From assembly GCA_016188495.1 (NCBI GenBank), contig JACPHU010000013.1:5498-69497 (forward strand): a stretch of 64,000 bases of DNA, in the 5' to 3' direction. Source of the stretch: Candidatus Uhrbacteria bacterium. GTDB taxonomy: Bacteria > Patescibacteriota > Patescibacteriia > UBA9934 > GWF2-40-263. The notes beneath the pieces are model-generated. The model made no database searches and had not been told where the DNA came from. It was given only the letters and a program-made list of their open reading frames with translations. A program made the translations under genes and the position numbers. Positions 25,057-34,418 of the stretch are shown here, one piece after another. Positions within the stretch are counted from its first letter, which is position 1, and each line of letters begins with the position of its first letter.

Positions 25057-26145
25057 ATGCCAAAAAAGAAGGTGCTTCTTGGAATGTCCGGGGGAGTGGA
25101 TTCAAGTGTTTCCGCTGGTTTGTTGTTGGAGAGTGGATATGAGGTGATAGGAGCCTTCATGAAGAATTGGTCAGGTTCGGTGTGTGGGCCAAGACAGACA
25201 GATACGGGTGAGGTTGGGGAGATGTTTCAGGAATGCGGTTGGAAAGATGAACGCCGAGATGCGGCTCGCGTTGCGGCTAAATTAGATATTCCCTTTGTCA
25301 CGTTCGACTTCGAGAAAGACTATCGTAGAGATGTCGTTGAATATCTGTTTCGTGAATTTGAAGCAGGAAGGACGCCTAATCCGGATGTGATGTGTAATAA
25401 ATATATTAAGTTTGAACGTTTTATTGAGGAAGCCGACCGACTGGGATGTGAATATGTGGCCACAGGACATTATGCCAGAGAACGAAAGGGTCTTTTATAT
25501 ACAGCAGCGGATTCAAACAAAGATCAAACCTATTTTCTTTGGGCGATTAATCCAAAGGTTGTTTCTCGGATTCTGTTTCCCATAGGAGAGATGATTAAAC
25601 CAGAGGTTCGAAAAAAAGCGGAGGAATTTGGACTTGAAGTTGCACACAAAAAAGACTCAACAGGAATTTGTTTTGTGGGTGAAGTTGATATGCGTACCTT
25701 TCTTCAGGAACGTCTCCCAAAAGATCCAGGTCACGTAATTACTCTGGAAGGGGAAAAGATCGGCACACATGAGGGAGTTTCTTTTTATACGATCGGACAA
25801 CGCCATGGTCTGAGTATCGGAGGAGGGACTCCTTACTATGTGGTTGAAAAGCGTCCCCAGACAAAAGAACTTGTCGTTTCAAGTAATTTTCATCCTGCGC
25901 TTTTTAAGACCCAGCTCACAGCAACACAATTAAATTGGTTTGAAAAACCGATATCTCCTTTTCGATGTTTCGCTCGTATCCGCCATCGTCAACCGTTACA
26001 ACCATGTCAGATCGAATTGATTCCTATCGGTGGAGTAGAAGGTGTTTCCGTTTTATTTGATGAACCTCAACGAGCTGTAACCCCAGGTCAATCTATTGTT
26101 TTTTACGATGGGGATAAAGTATTAGGTGGGGGAATTATAGAATAA
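25057..26145 (+). CDS. mnmA: tRNA-specific 2-thiouridylase
   Basis: The PP-loop VLLGMSGGVDSSV and full MnmA architecture. The start was trimmed to ATG 25057 (MPKKKVLLGM). Confidence 0.9.
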   Translation: MPKKKVLLGMSGGVDSSVSAGLLLESGYEVIGAFMKNWSGSVCGPRQTDTGEVGEMFQECGWKDERRDAARVAAKLDIPFVTFDFEKDYRRDVVEYLFREFEAGRTPNPDVMCNKYIKFERFIEEADRLGCEYVATGHYARERKGLLYTAADSNKDQTYFLWAINPKVVSRILFPIGEMIKPEVRKKAEEFGLEVAHKKDSTGICFVGEVDMRTFLQERLPKDPGHVITLEGEKIGTHEGVSFYTIGQRHGLSIGGGTPYYVVEKRPQTKELVVSSNFHPALFKTQLTATQLNWFEKPISPFRCFARIRHRQPLQPCQIELIPIGGVEGVSVLFDEPQRAVTPGQSIVFYDGDKVLGGGIIE

Positions 26146-26183
26146 CGTAAGTCAAACGCTCGTGTGGATAGACGAAAAAATGA

Positions 26184-26210
26184 AAAAATCACCCATAAAT
26201 TGGGTGATTT
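26184..26210. terminator. Bidirectional terminator between convergent mnmA and the HAD hydrolase gene
   Basis: AATCACCCA-TAAAT-TGGGTGATT, flanked by an A-run and a T-run. Confidence 0.55.
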
Positions 26211-26222
26211 GCGTTTTATGCG

Positions 26223-27104
26223 TTATACATTTAGCAGATTCAGAAACGGGATCAACGAATCGCTGGCAAGGATAAGTGTGATCCGATCCCACATAGATGC
26301 GAGATTTCCTTCTCGAAAATCAGCGAGCTTACGATCCAGTTCGTTGGGAGGCACGATCAGGACATTGAAACTGTCCGTTCCCATCATGTGGACATCAACG
26401 ACCGAGTCGCCCATGACCAGCAGATTTTCTCCGTCAATTTTTCCTACCTCACGAAATCGTTCTACAGCACACTTCTTTGTGTGACTGGCAACCAGATTGA
26501 TATGGCATCCATGAACCCGGTTCTCTTCATTAAACTTTAAACGAGAAGCAGCGACTGACGTGGGATGAACCTGATGGTGTTCAACCCAATCTTGGATCAG
26601 CTGTTCTATTCCGAAGGTGATAATAACTCGCTTTTCCATCGCTTGCAGAAGTTCAAGTGCCCCTTCTCTTGGGTGGAGTGTTTTTGCCACCTCTGCGATT
26701 TGAGCGCGGGTGATACGAGCTTCGCTGTAAAGTCGAATGGTTTCGGCGATCCAAGCGCCGTCCATCACCTTCAAATTTTCAGGATAGAATCCTCCATGGA
26801 ACCAATCTGGATCTTCCAGGTCGACGAGATCCGGTCGGATGGGTTGTTCGTGTTTTTGTTTCCAATAGATAGCCCGATTTTCCTCATCTTGCGCTGCCAG
26901 AGAGGGGGGCATGAGCGTAGAAGTCGCCTTCCATTGGCTGCCTGGAATCAAGGTTCCGTCAAAATCGAAGGCTCCATGATAAATGCGTCGTGCACGCTCA
27001 AAGAGTTTATGGAGAGGGATTCGGCTGATGAGAGGCGTATCGCCGCACTCGACCATTTTTAGAGCATTTGATAACGAATAGGCACAGACTATTTTTTCGA
27101 TCAT
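26223..27104 (-). CDS. HAD-superfamily hydrolase (HAD-IB / phosphoserine phosphatase-like)
   Basis: HAD motif I is FDFDGTL. A downstream GDSVVDVHM aspartate motif is also present. Confidence 0.7.
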   Translation of the reverse strand: MIEKIVCAYSLSNALKMVECGDTPLISRIPLHKLFERARRIYHGAFDFDGTLIPGSQWKATSTLMPPSLAAQDEENRAIYWKQKHEQPIRPDLVDLEDPDWFHGGFYPENLKVMDGAWIAETIRLYSEARITRAQIAEVAKTLHPREGALELLQAMEKRVIITFGIEQLIQDWVEHHQVHPTSVAASRLKFNEENRVHGCHINLVASHTKKCAVERFREVGKIDGENLLVMGDSVVDVHMMGTDSFNVLIVPPNELDRKLADFREGNLASMWDRITLILASDSLIPFLNLLNV

Positions 27105-27163
27105 GGTTTTCTCCTGTTCTGTGTTGATGTGAAATGAGCAAGGTCAGATTTTAGCAGTTTTTT

Positions 27164-27778
27164 TCAATAAGTCAATGCATTCGTCCATTGGTAAAAGTCT
27201 GCAGAATCTCCCGCCATCAAATTGACATCAAGGGACTCGTGGGAGACAGGAGGTGTTTCGTGGATTGAATAAGGAGCCGACTGTGTGAAACGTTCCTTTG
27301 TTTGGCGTAAATGCGTTTCTACAGAATTCATAAGCGGGATCACATGGATTGTTTCAAGAAAATCGTAATTGATGAAGGAAGCCATTGCGTCAGAAAGGAC
27401 ATGCTCTGTGTTGTTTGTTTTAATTATTAAAGGAGTTTGTGCGGATGTTTTTGCCAAGATCCTTCCTTTGATGAGTCGGATGATCAGTTCGTCTTTGTAT
27501 AGTCGTTCTAATTCGATAGAAGTATTTTTTGAAAGCCAGATGATTGTCTGAGCTTGATCTGCTTGTGCAAGCTCTTCACCTATGTTTAGTTGAATAAAAC
27601 CCTCCACTGTTTCAACTAAAGATCCTCGCTGTAAACCTTCTCCAAATCCATACCCAGCGTCTTCACCAGCTCCAGCGGTGATACGAACGGGGAGTTCTTT
27701 AGGAAGTGAAAAACGTTGGACAATGAGTAATCCAACGACAAAGCAGAATAATATGACTGTAAGGATTTTGAGAGACAT
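27164..27778 (-). CDS. Hypothetical N-terminally membrane-anchored protein
   Basis: A signal or anchor sequence MSLKILTVILFCFVVGLLIV. No recognised catalytic motif. Confidence 0.45.
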   Translation of the reverse strand: MSLKILTVILFCFVVGLLIVQRFSLPKELPVRITAGAGEDAGYGFGEGLQRGSLVETVEGFIQLNIGEELAQADQAQTIIWLSKNTSIELERLYKDELIIRLIKGRILAKTSAQTPLIIKTNNTEHVLSDAMASFINYDFLETIHVIPLMNSVETHLRQTKERFTQSAPYSIHETPPVSHESLDVNLMAGDSADFYQWTNALTY

Positions 27779-27818
27779 GTTAAAATTTTAGCATCTAATT
27801 ACCTACGATTCTAGCAGT

Positions 27819-28085
27819 ATGCTTTATTTTTACTACGGAGAAGAATGTCCGCATTGTCACCACATGATGCCTCTTATTGATAAATTGATTGAAGAAGGAA
27901 AAGAAATCCAAAAAAAGGAAACCTGGCATAGTGAAGAAAATGCTCAACATTTTGAAAAAGCAGATAACGGTAAATGCGGTGGAGTCCCATTTTTTCTCAA
28001 TACGGATTCAGGCCAATCGATTTGTGGCGCTACCACAGAGGAACGTGTGAGAGCATGGGCGAACGGAGAAACACTTAGCCAATAG
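27819..28085 (+). CDS. Thioredoxin/glutaredoxin-fold small protein (CPHC active site)
   Basis: YYGEECPHCHHMMP and GGVPFF are typical of thioredoxin-fold thiol-disulfide oxidoreductases. Confidence 0.6.
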   Translation: MLYFYYGEECPHCHHMMPLIDKLIEEGKEIQKKETWHSEENAQHFEKADNGKCGGVPFFLNTDSGQSICGATTEERVRAWANGETLSQ

Positions 28086-28088
28086 TGT

Positions 28089-29054
28089 ATGAAACTCTTG
28101 CGGAGACAGATTGCTCTAGGATTCTTTAGTCTCTTGTTCCTAGGTTCGGGCTGTCTTTCTCCAGATGTTTCAAATCTGACGCCAGAGCAAGCGGCTTCCA
28201 ACCTTTCTTTTTCTGTTGGGGATACCTTTGTTTTAAGGCCAACTGTGTTGGGATTGGGTGGTTCCGTTGTTGAATGGTCGGGTGCGGATGAGCAGATACG
28301 TACGGTCACTCTGACCGATTGGATTCCCAATCAGAAAGTACATGTAACGTGGGAGAGTTTAGTGACGGTTGAAACGTCTGAGTCTCAAGTAGCAAGAGAA
28401 GCGTATGATGCTCAGTATTCTCAATCTCCTGTGGGAGTTGAAATTCCTGAGGCTCCTGAACCCGTTTATGAACAACGTTCTCAAACGGGAACCATTGCTT
28501 CACAATCATTAGCAACGGCTACCACACTAAAACTTGCCCAACAGTGGCCTGTCGGTGATGGGGGAATGGTCGAAGAATCCCTTGTATGGCTTTCTCCTTC
28601 CCAATATAGTGAACTTATTAATACCCGATCGACAAAAGTGAGTTTGGGTTTATTTGATGAATCTTTAACCAGAATTGAAGACACTACCGCGCAAGCAAAG
28701 TCTTTTGTTGATCGAATCAGTGGTTTCTTCTCATTGTTTACGGGTGATGATTCGTCTGTGAATAATGAGTCAACAGTACCTACAATAAAAAATGCTACAA
28801 CGATAGAAGCGAATCCTTCTTGGGGAGTTTATTCTTTAGACGTGGATGGTGTGAGAACAAAGGTAAGAGTGGTTGAAGCCAAGAATTCCTTTGCCAGTTA
28901 TAAAATCCTCGCGAATCCAGAGAATCCTATTATTTTAGAAATTCAACTCACTCCTCTTTCTCAGGGAAACCTTAAATTTTTGAGTAAAGAAGGACTAGCA
29001 AAAGGATTCAGCGGATATGAAATTTCACAGATCAATCTAAAAACGGGCGAATAG
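28089..29054 (+). CDS. Putative lipoprotein, hypothetical
   Basis: A signal peptide with the lipobox LGSGC. The rest is Ser/Thr-rich and unrecognised. Confidence 0.55.
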   Translation: MKLLRRQIALGFFSLLFLGSGCLSPDVSNLTPEQAASNLSFSVGDTFVLRPTVLGLGGSVVEWSGADEQIRTVTLTDWIPNQKVHVTWESLVTVETSESQVAREAYDAQYSQSPVGVEIPEAPEPVYEQRSQTGTIASQSLATATTLKLAQQWPVGDGGMVEESLVWLSPSQYSELINTRSTKVSLGLFDESLTRIEDTTAQAKSFVDRISGFFSLFTGDDSSVNNESTVPTIKNATTIEANPSWGVYSLDVDGVRTKVRVVEAKNSFASYKILANPENPIILEIQLTPLSQGNLKFLSKEGLAKGFSGYEISQINLKTGE

Positions 29055-29063
29055 CCCGTTTTT
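29039..29063 (+). terminator. Intrinsic terminator overlapping the lipoprotein stop codon
   Basis: AAAAACGGGC-GAATA-GCCCGTTTTT. Confidence 0.65.
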
Positions 29064-29078
29064 AGTGATTTCGAACTA

Positions 29079-29107
29079 TTGACTTTTTCCATAAAATTGT
29101 TTATGAT
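29079..29107 (+). promoter_or_regulatory. Sigma70-like promoter for the 110-aa gene
   Basis: TTGACT (29079-29084), a 17-nt spacer, then TATGAT (29102-29107). An AAGGAG RBS lies before ATG 29163. Confidence 0.55.
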
Positions 29108-29162
29108 CCATCGTCTTTAGTGAAAGACTTCATGGTAATAATCTCACAAAAGGAGAAAATTC

Positions 29163-29495
29163 ATGTCCGTTACCTTAAGGGAGTTTCTTGAAGTAGAGCT
29201 TCAAAAGAATCAAGATTCATTTGAAAACATCGAAGCGCTGGCCATTAGCAATAAGTATCAGTGTGATGGAATCAGATGTCTTGCAGACTCAGAAGAAATC
29301 AAAAAAGTTTTAGATGAGGAACACTATGATTTTCCTAGTATTCCTCGGTTTGTCATGTGGACTACAAAACGAATTTATTTCCTTACGATTCACAATGCGG
29401 GACCAGCATATGATGGCGATGAATGTCAGTTTGAGCACGAAATAAGTAGTATTTCTAGAAATCCCTCAGCAGAATTGATTCAGTCTGAGTACTGA
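29163..29495 (+). CDS. Hypothetical protein (110 aa)
   Basis: It has its own promoter, a strong RBS and a downstream terminator. No recognised motif. Confidence 0.5.
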   Translation: MSVTLREFLEVELQKNQDSFENIEALAISNKYQCDGIRCLADSEEIKKVLDEEHYDFPSIPRFVMWTTKRIYFLTIHNAGPAYDGDECQFEHEISSISRNPSAELIQSEY

Positions 29496-29508
29496 ACTCA
29501 AATCATCG

Positions 29509-29543
29509 AAACCTCGGCACTTACGGTGTCCGAGGTTTTTTTA
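29509..29543. terminator. Intrinsic terminator between the convergent 110-aa gene and era
   Basis: CCTCGGCAC-TTAC-GGTGTCCGAGG followed by TTTTTTT. Confidence 0.65.
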
Positions 29544-29558
29544 CATACGTTCGTTTTT

Positions 29559-30410
29559 TTATCCGAATTTTGCCATCCAATGCTTGTCCACTTCTACCGT
29601 GAGATCAAGAAAGACTTTTGTATTAAGAACAGCTTCCAGTTCGTGGCGGGTCGATTGACCGATTTCCCGAATGCCGCGACCGCCCTGACCGATGATCATG
29701 CGTTTATAGCGATCGTCATTTGTAAAGATGGTTCCCGCGATATAGATCATTCCATTGGGTCGTTCTTCTACCTCGCTTACCTCTACGTGGGTACTGTAGG
29801 GGACTTCCTGACGCAAACGCAGAAAGAGTTTTTCTCGAATCAGTTCTGCCAACCATACCTTATTTGGCATGTTTGTAAGCTGGTGTTCTGGGTAGTAATA
29901 CTCACCTTCGGGCATCAGCTCAAACAGTTTTTTAACAAGATGATTGATGTTGGTTTCTCGCAAGGCTGAGACTTCAAACGTGGCTGTATACTCTGGTGAA
30001 AGATCGCGATAGAAATCAAGAAACGGTTTTATTTTGGCATCTATTTTATTGATGACCAAAATTTTTGGCTTTTGCAAAGAGGCAATGGTACGCATGACTT
30101 CGCGCTCTTCTTGTCCGATTTCACGCGTTGGATCTACTACGTATACAATCACATCAACATCGTTGAGTGACGCTCGGACAGATTCTGCAAGTTTTTTAGA
30201 TAAAAGATCCTTTTCTCCTTTAAGAACTCCTGGAGTATCCACGAAGACCATTTGCCCTTCCTCGCGTGTGATAATCCCTTGGATAGGAAGACGCGTGGTT
30301 TGCGGTTTTGGGGTAGTAATGGCAATTTTTGAACCAACGATCGTGTTCATGAGGGTTGATTTACCCACGTTTGAACGACCGATCATCACGACGAAACCAG
30401 ATTTTGGCAT
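29559..30410 (-). CDS. era: GTPase Era
   Basis: G1 GRSNVGKSTL, G3 DTPG, NKID and a C-terminal KH domain. Confidence 0.9.
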   Translation of the reverse strand: MPKSGFVVMIGRSNVGKSTLMNTIVGSKIAITTPKPQTTRLPIQGIITREEGQMVFVDTPGVLKGEKDLLSKKLAESVRASLNDVDVIVYVVDPTREIGQEEREVMRTIASLQKPKILVINKIDAKIKPFLDFYRDLSPEYTATFEVSALRETNINHLVKKLFELMPEGEYYYPEHQLTNMPNKVWLAELIREKLFLRLRQEVPYSTHVEVSEVEERPNGMIYIAGTIFTNDDRYKRMIIGQGGRGIREIGQSTRHELEAVLNTKVFLDLTVEVDKHWMAKFG

Positions 30411-30430
30411 AGAATAGAGGTAATCAGATT

Positions 30431-30559
30431 AGGAATTGTCGTCTTATTCGATGAGATTGCCTTGAATGGGGCGATCGACGACAGAGCCGTACTCACAGTA
30501 CGGTGACGAGTCGATGGGGCCCCATGAAAGGCAAGATCGCGAATGAGACGACAATTCCT
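30431..30559 (-). repeat. Palindromic intercistronic element, copy B. 129 nt, with 14-bp perfect terminal inverted repeats. It lies between the rumA-like stop and the era start.
   Basis: AGGAATTGTCGTCT at 30431-30444 pairs perfectly with 30546-30559. An internal hairpin CCGTAC-TCACA-GTACGG lies at 30487-30503; its loop reads TGTGA on the transcribed strand. The core is shared with copy A in the same orientation relative to transcription. Confidence 0.7.
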
Positions 30560-30560
30560 T

Positions 30561-31691
30561 TTACTTAAGAAGTAAAGAAGAGACTAGTTCAACATGAGGA
30601 GTATGTGGAAACAGATCAATCGCGCGCATGGCTTCCACGGTATAGTATTGCTGTAATTGTATCATTTCTCGCGCAAAGTTTTTGTAGTTACAGGAAATAT
30701 AGACAATGTGTTTTGGTTTAACCTGGAGAATATCCTCTAGAGCCTTATCATGCATTCCGCTGCGAGGAGGATCAAGAATAACGACATCACCACTAAGATT
30801 TTTCCAATCAAATTCTTCCGTCTTGGCATCATGATACTGGATGGTTCTATCATTAATTTCGGCATTTATCCGAGCATCTCTGATGGCATCCTTGCTCATT
30901 TCTACCCCGATGCATTCTTTGGCTTTTTCCGCTAACGCGATAGAAAAGAATCCTGATCCGCAATATAAATCTAAGAGCGTTTTTTGATGCATGTCACCAC
31001 AAAACGCAGTAACGGTTTCAAGAAGGAGCTTAGCTCCATGGGGATTTGTCTGAAAGAATGCGTTTGGACTTATACGATAGGTCGATGATCCGATGCGTTC
31101 TTCTATAAATCCTGGACCCGAGATCGTTTGTAGAACGTCTCCAAAACTGATATCCGTGATCGTACTGTTTTGAGACCAAATGAGTGTTGTCGCAAGAGAT
31201 TCTTTGGCCAGATGGGCAAGAGACTCTTGAAGAAAAGAAGATTCTTGCTCATGTTGTGGGACCGAAGTGATCACGTTGATCATCGTTTCTCCTAAGGTTG
31301 TCGATCGGATCACAGCGTAGCGTAAAAGACCTTGATGACTTTTGCGATCATAATAAGAGAGTCCGGAGGATTTCACCCATGTTCGTACGATGTGGAACAG
31401 ATCCTCGATTTTTTTATCAGCCAAAAAACAGGTGTGTCCATCAATCACTTTCCACCATTTTCCTTTTTCCCGCATTCCTACACGACCTTCGAAATCGATC
31501 ACAAAGTCCATGCGATTCCGGTAATGTTCTGTGATAGGAGATGGTAAAATGGTTTCACACAACAGATCCACATTTTTTATCTTGAAAGATCCATTGATAT
31601 CTGAAACTTTTTGAAGAAGCTGTTTCTGGTAGGGAATATGAGACCAAGAACAAGATCCACAAATGTCTTTATTTGAGCAAAGAGATGACAT
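30561..31691 (-). CDS. RNA (uracil-5-)-methyltransferase, RumA/RlmD-TrmA family
   Basis: An N-terminal Cys cluster CGSCSWSH. A class I SAM fold with LDLYCGSGFF, DPPRSG and a C-terminal catalytic Cys region. Confidence 0.8.
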   Translation of the reverse strand: MSSLCSNKDICGSCSWSHIPYQKQLLQKVSDINGSFKIKNVDLLCETILPSPITEHYRNRMDFVIDFEGRVGMREKGKWWKVIDGHTCFLADKKIEDLFHIVRTWVKSSGLSYYDRKSHQGLLRYAVIRSTTLGETMINVITSVPQHEQESSFLQESLAHLAKESLATTLIWSQNSTITDISFGDVLQTISGPGFIEERIGSSTYRISPNAFFQTNPHGAKLLLETVTAFCGDMHQKTLLDLYCGSGFFSIALAEKAKECIGVEMSKDAIRDARINAEINDRTIQYHDAKTEEFDWKNLSGDVVILDPPRSGMHDKALEDILQVKPKHIVYISCNYKNFAREMIQLQQYYTVEAMRAIDLFPHTPHVELVSSLLLK

Positions 31692-31744
31692 AACAGCACA
31701 ATGCTACGCTTCTTCACCCTTTTTTTCAAGAGTTTATTCATTCT

Positions 31745-32194
31745 ATGATTGTTATTGCACATAATATTCGCTCTTTGCATAATGTTGGATCCATTTTTCG
31801 ATCTTGCGATGCGTTTGCTGTTGAAAAATTATATTTAACAGGTTTTACCGGTGTTCCTCCTAGAAAAGAGATCGCAAAAGTCTCATTAGGATCCGAACAT
31901 CGAGTGTCTTGGGAAGCGGTTTTAGAAATCCGGTCATTATTACAGACCTTAAAACAGCAAGGGTTTTGTGTGGTCGCCTTAGACAATACTCATGCGAGCA
32001 TGCCTATTCAGACATTTAAAACGGATAAGCCTTTGGCTCTTCTTCTGGGTAACGAAGTAGACGGGGTTGAAAAAGACCTTTTAGCTGCGTGTGACCAACA
32101 GGTTGAGATTTTGATGCCTGGCGAAAAACAATCACTCAATGTGTCGGTCGCAACAGGGATCGCTCTGTTTGCTCTCACACAAGAAGGACGGTAA
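31745..32194 (+). CDS. SpoU-class RNA 2'-O-methyltransferase, TrmL-like (about 150 aa)
   Basis: The SPOUT knot motifs LLLGNE..G and the size, which is typical of TrmL (YibK). Confidence 0.75.
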   Translation: MIVIAHNIRSLHNVGSIFRSCDAFAVEKLYLTGFTGVPPRKEIAKVSLGSEHRVSWEAVLEIRSLLQTLKQQGFCVVALDNTHASMPIQTFKTDKPLALLLGNEVDGVEKDLLAACDQQVEILMPGEKQSLNVSVATGIALFALTQEGR

Positions 32195-32204
32195 AATAGA
32201 ATAA

Positions 32205-32930
32205 ATGTTAACGATTATTATCCCCACAAAAAATGAAGAGTCGTATCTTCCACGACTTCTCGAGTCTATTAGTAAACAGACACGACAACCTGTTGAGGTT
32301 ATTGTTTCCGATGCGCAATCAACAGACACCACACGAGAAATCGCCCGTTCTTTTGGCGCACGCGTGGTTGAAGGCGGAGCGATTTCTTTTGGAAGAAATG
32401 CCGGAGCGTCGTATGCGCACACAGAGCTTCTCTTATTTTTAGATGCTGACGTAGAACTGCGTGACCCGCAATTTTTGGAAAAAGGCGTGGAAGAAATGCT
32501 GCAGAGAAAATTAGATTTGGCCACATGCGATGTGTTTCCGCTTTCTGACGCGTTTATCGATCATGTCATGCATAAAGCCTATAACACGTATGCCCGCGCG
32601 TGGGGTTCTCTTTTTCCGCATGCTCCTGGTTTTTGCATGTTTGCACGTAAACAACTTCATGATCGTATTCAGGGTTTTGATGAAAAAATTACCTTTTGTG
32701 AAGATCATGACTACGCGCGCCGTGCGTGCGTTGTGGGAAAATTTGGTCTTCTTAAATCCACAAAAATCCCTGTTTCTATTCGAAGATTGGATCGAGATGG
32801 TCGAATGAACATTGCGATAAAGTACATGCTCGCTGAATTTCACCTCGCATTTATTGGTCCTATACGACACAACCGGTTCCACTATACGTTTGGCTATGAC
32901 AAGCTAAAAGATAAAAAACAAAGACGTTGA
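32205..32930 (+). CDS. Family 2 glycosyltransferase
   Basis: IIIPTKNEE...VIVSDAQSTD...DAD, the GT-A fold DxD pattern. Confidence 0.8.
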   Translation: MLTIIIPTKNEESYLPRLLESISKQTRQPVEVIVSDAQSTDTTREIARSFGARVVEGGAISFGRNAGASYAHTELLLFLDADVELRDPQFLEKGVEEMLQRKLDLATCDVFPLSDAFIDHVMHKAYNTYARAWGSLFPHAPGFCMFARKQLHDRIQGFDEKITFCEDHDYARRACVVGKFGLLKSTKIPVSIRRLDRDGRMNIAIKYMLAEFHLAFIGPIRHNRFHYTFGYDKLKDKKQRR

Positions 32931-32936
32931 AATCGT

Positions 32937-33854
32937 ATGGGAATACAGGTTGTAGAATCAAAAGGCGTGAGTTGGCATCATATCAATCAGGTGGATGATC
33001 ATGATCTTGAGCAGCTTCAAGAACGTTTTAAGTTTAATCATCTTGATTATGATGATATCCGTGCGGAATCACCCATTTCTAAAATGGATATCTATAAACA
33101 TTATCTTTTTTTTGTTTTTCATATTCCAGCCATTGATAAAGAATCAGAACATTTGTACGGGGAAGAATTGTATATTTTTTTGAGTGCTGAAAGTTTGGTC
33201 ACGATAACGCATATCCCCATTCCTGTTTTAGAAGCTTTTTTTGAAAGAATGCAACGAAGTAACAAGTTTCGATCCATCGTGCTAGGCAAGGGTACACCTT
33301 TTGCTATGCATAAAATTTTAGCAGAAGTGTTTCATGAAGGCCTTTCTTTGCTTGGGGATTTGACCAAGGAAGTTCACAGACTTGAAGAGGCAATTGAGCA
33401 CAGACATGACAAACGTTTGACCGTGGATTTGGGTCATGTACGAAGAAATGTTCTCTTTTTACGTCATGTAATTGATCCACAAAGAACAATTGTGGCAAGC
33501 TTATCCAATATAAAACGGTCTTTTATTTCTGAGGACATGGCTATTTACTTTGATGATGTACACGACGTGCTGGATACGATTTGGCTTTCTTCGGATAATT
33601 TGAAACTTATTATTGATGGTTTATTTGATATGAACGAGGCTCTTCTTTCACATAAAACCAATGAGGTCGTGACCATTTTGACCCTTGTATCTGCCGCATT
33701 AATGGTACCCACACTCATTGCTGGTTTTTACGGAATGAATGTTCCGTGGCTGCCTTATGTTGAAAATGCAAAAATCGTTTCGTTATTTTATGCCGTTGGA
33801 TTTTTTGGAATGCTTCTTATTGTTTTGATCATTATCAAAAGACCTCGTTCCTAA
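32937..33854 (+). CDS. corA: Magnesium/cobalt transporter CorA
   Basis: A GMN motif (FYGMNV) followed by two C-terminal TM helices. Confidence 0.85.
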   Translation: MGIQVVESKGVSWHHINQVDDHDLEQLQERFKFNHLDYDDIRAESPISKMDIYKHYLFFVFHIPAIDKESEHLYGEELYIFLSAESLVTITHIPIPVLEAFFERMQRSNKFRSIVLGKGTPFAMHKILAEVFHEGLSLLGDLTKEVHRLEEAIEHRHDKRLTVDLGHVRRNVLFLRHVIDPQRTIVASLSNIKRSFISEDMAIYFDDVHDVLDTIWLSSDNLKLIIDGLFDMNEALLSHKTNEVVTILTLVSAALMVPTLIAGFYGMNVPWLPYVENAKIVSLFYAVGFFGMLLIVLIIIKRPRS

Positions 33855-33860
33855 TAATGT

Positions 33861-34418
33861 ATGGAGATACCTGTTGTCGTACAACACAGACATGTTCATC
33901 TTTGTGAGCATGATGCTCAAATTCTTTTTGGGACGGATAACCTCACCTCATCACGGATGATTGACCAAAGAGATCAGTACATCTTTTCGCGCAAGGTGAG
34001 TCTTCATGGATCCAAAGGTTCTTTCGAAGATGTGTGTGTCATCGGTCCTGTACGAGATCAGACGCAAGTGGAAATTTCTTCCAGTGATGCCTATGCGATC
34101 GGACTCCTTGCGCCATTGCGGGTTTCAGGTGATTTAGAGCGATCCGGTACCGTTCTTCTTAAGACAGATTTAGGAGAAATTCGTGCCAAATCAAGTACAA
34201 TTATCCCTATGCGTCATTTGCATCTCCCGCTTTCTCTTGCAGAGGAATTAGGACTTTCTCATCATGATACCGTCTCTCTTACCCTAAAAGAGTATCCGGA
34301 GATCGTCTTTGACCATGTCGTTATCAGAATTCATCCAGCCTTTCTTCCTGCCTTTCATCTGACTAAAGATGAGGCCGCATCAGAGTGGATACAGACAGGT
34401 GATCACGTTATTTTATGA
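33861..34418 (+). CDS. pduL: Phosphate propanoyltransferase / phosphotransacylase PduL
   Basis: QHRHVHL...LFG, LHGSKGSFEDVCVIGPVRDQTQVEIS and a second RHLHL half-site, as in PduL. Confidence 0.75.
   Translation: MEIPVVVQHRHVHLCEHDAQILFGTDNLTSSRMIDQRDQYIFSRKVSLHGSKGSFEDVCVIGPVRDQTQVEISSSDAYAIGLLAPLRVSGDLERSGTVLLKTDLGEIRAKSSTIIPMRHLHLPLSLAEELGLSHHDTVSLTLKEYPEIVFDHVVIRIHPAFLPAFHLTKDEAASEWIQTGDHVIL

Noticed and set aside
29526-29969. 147-aa plus-strand ORF
   Set aside because: It is antisense to era, and its start lies inside the terminator hairpin.
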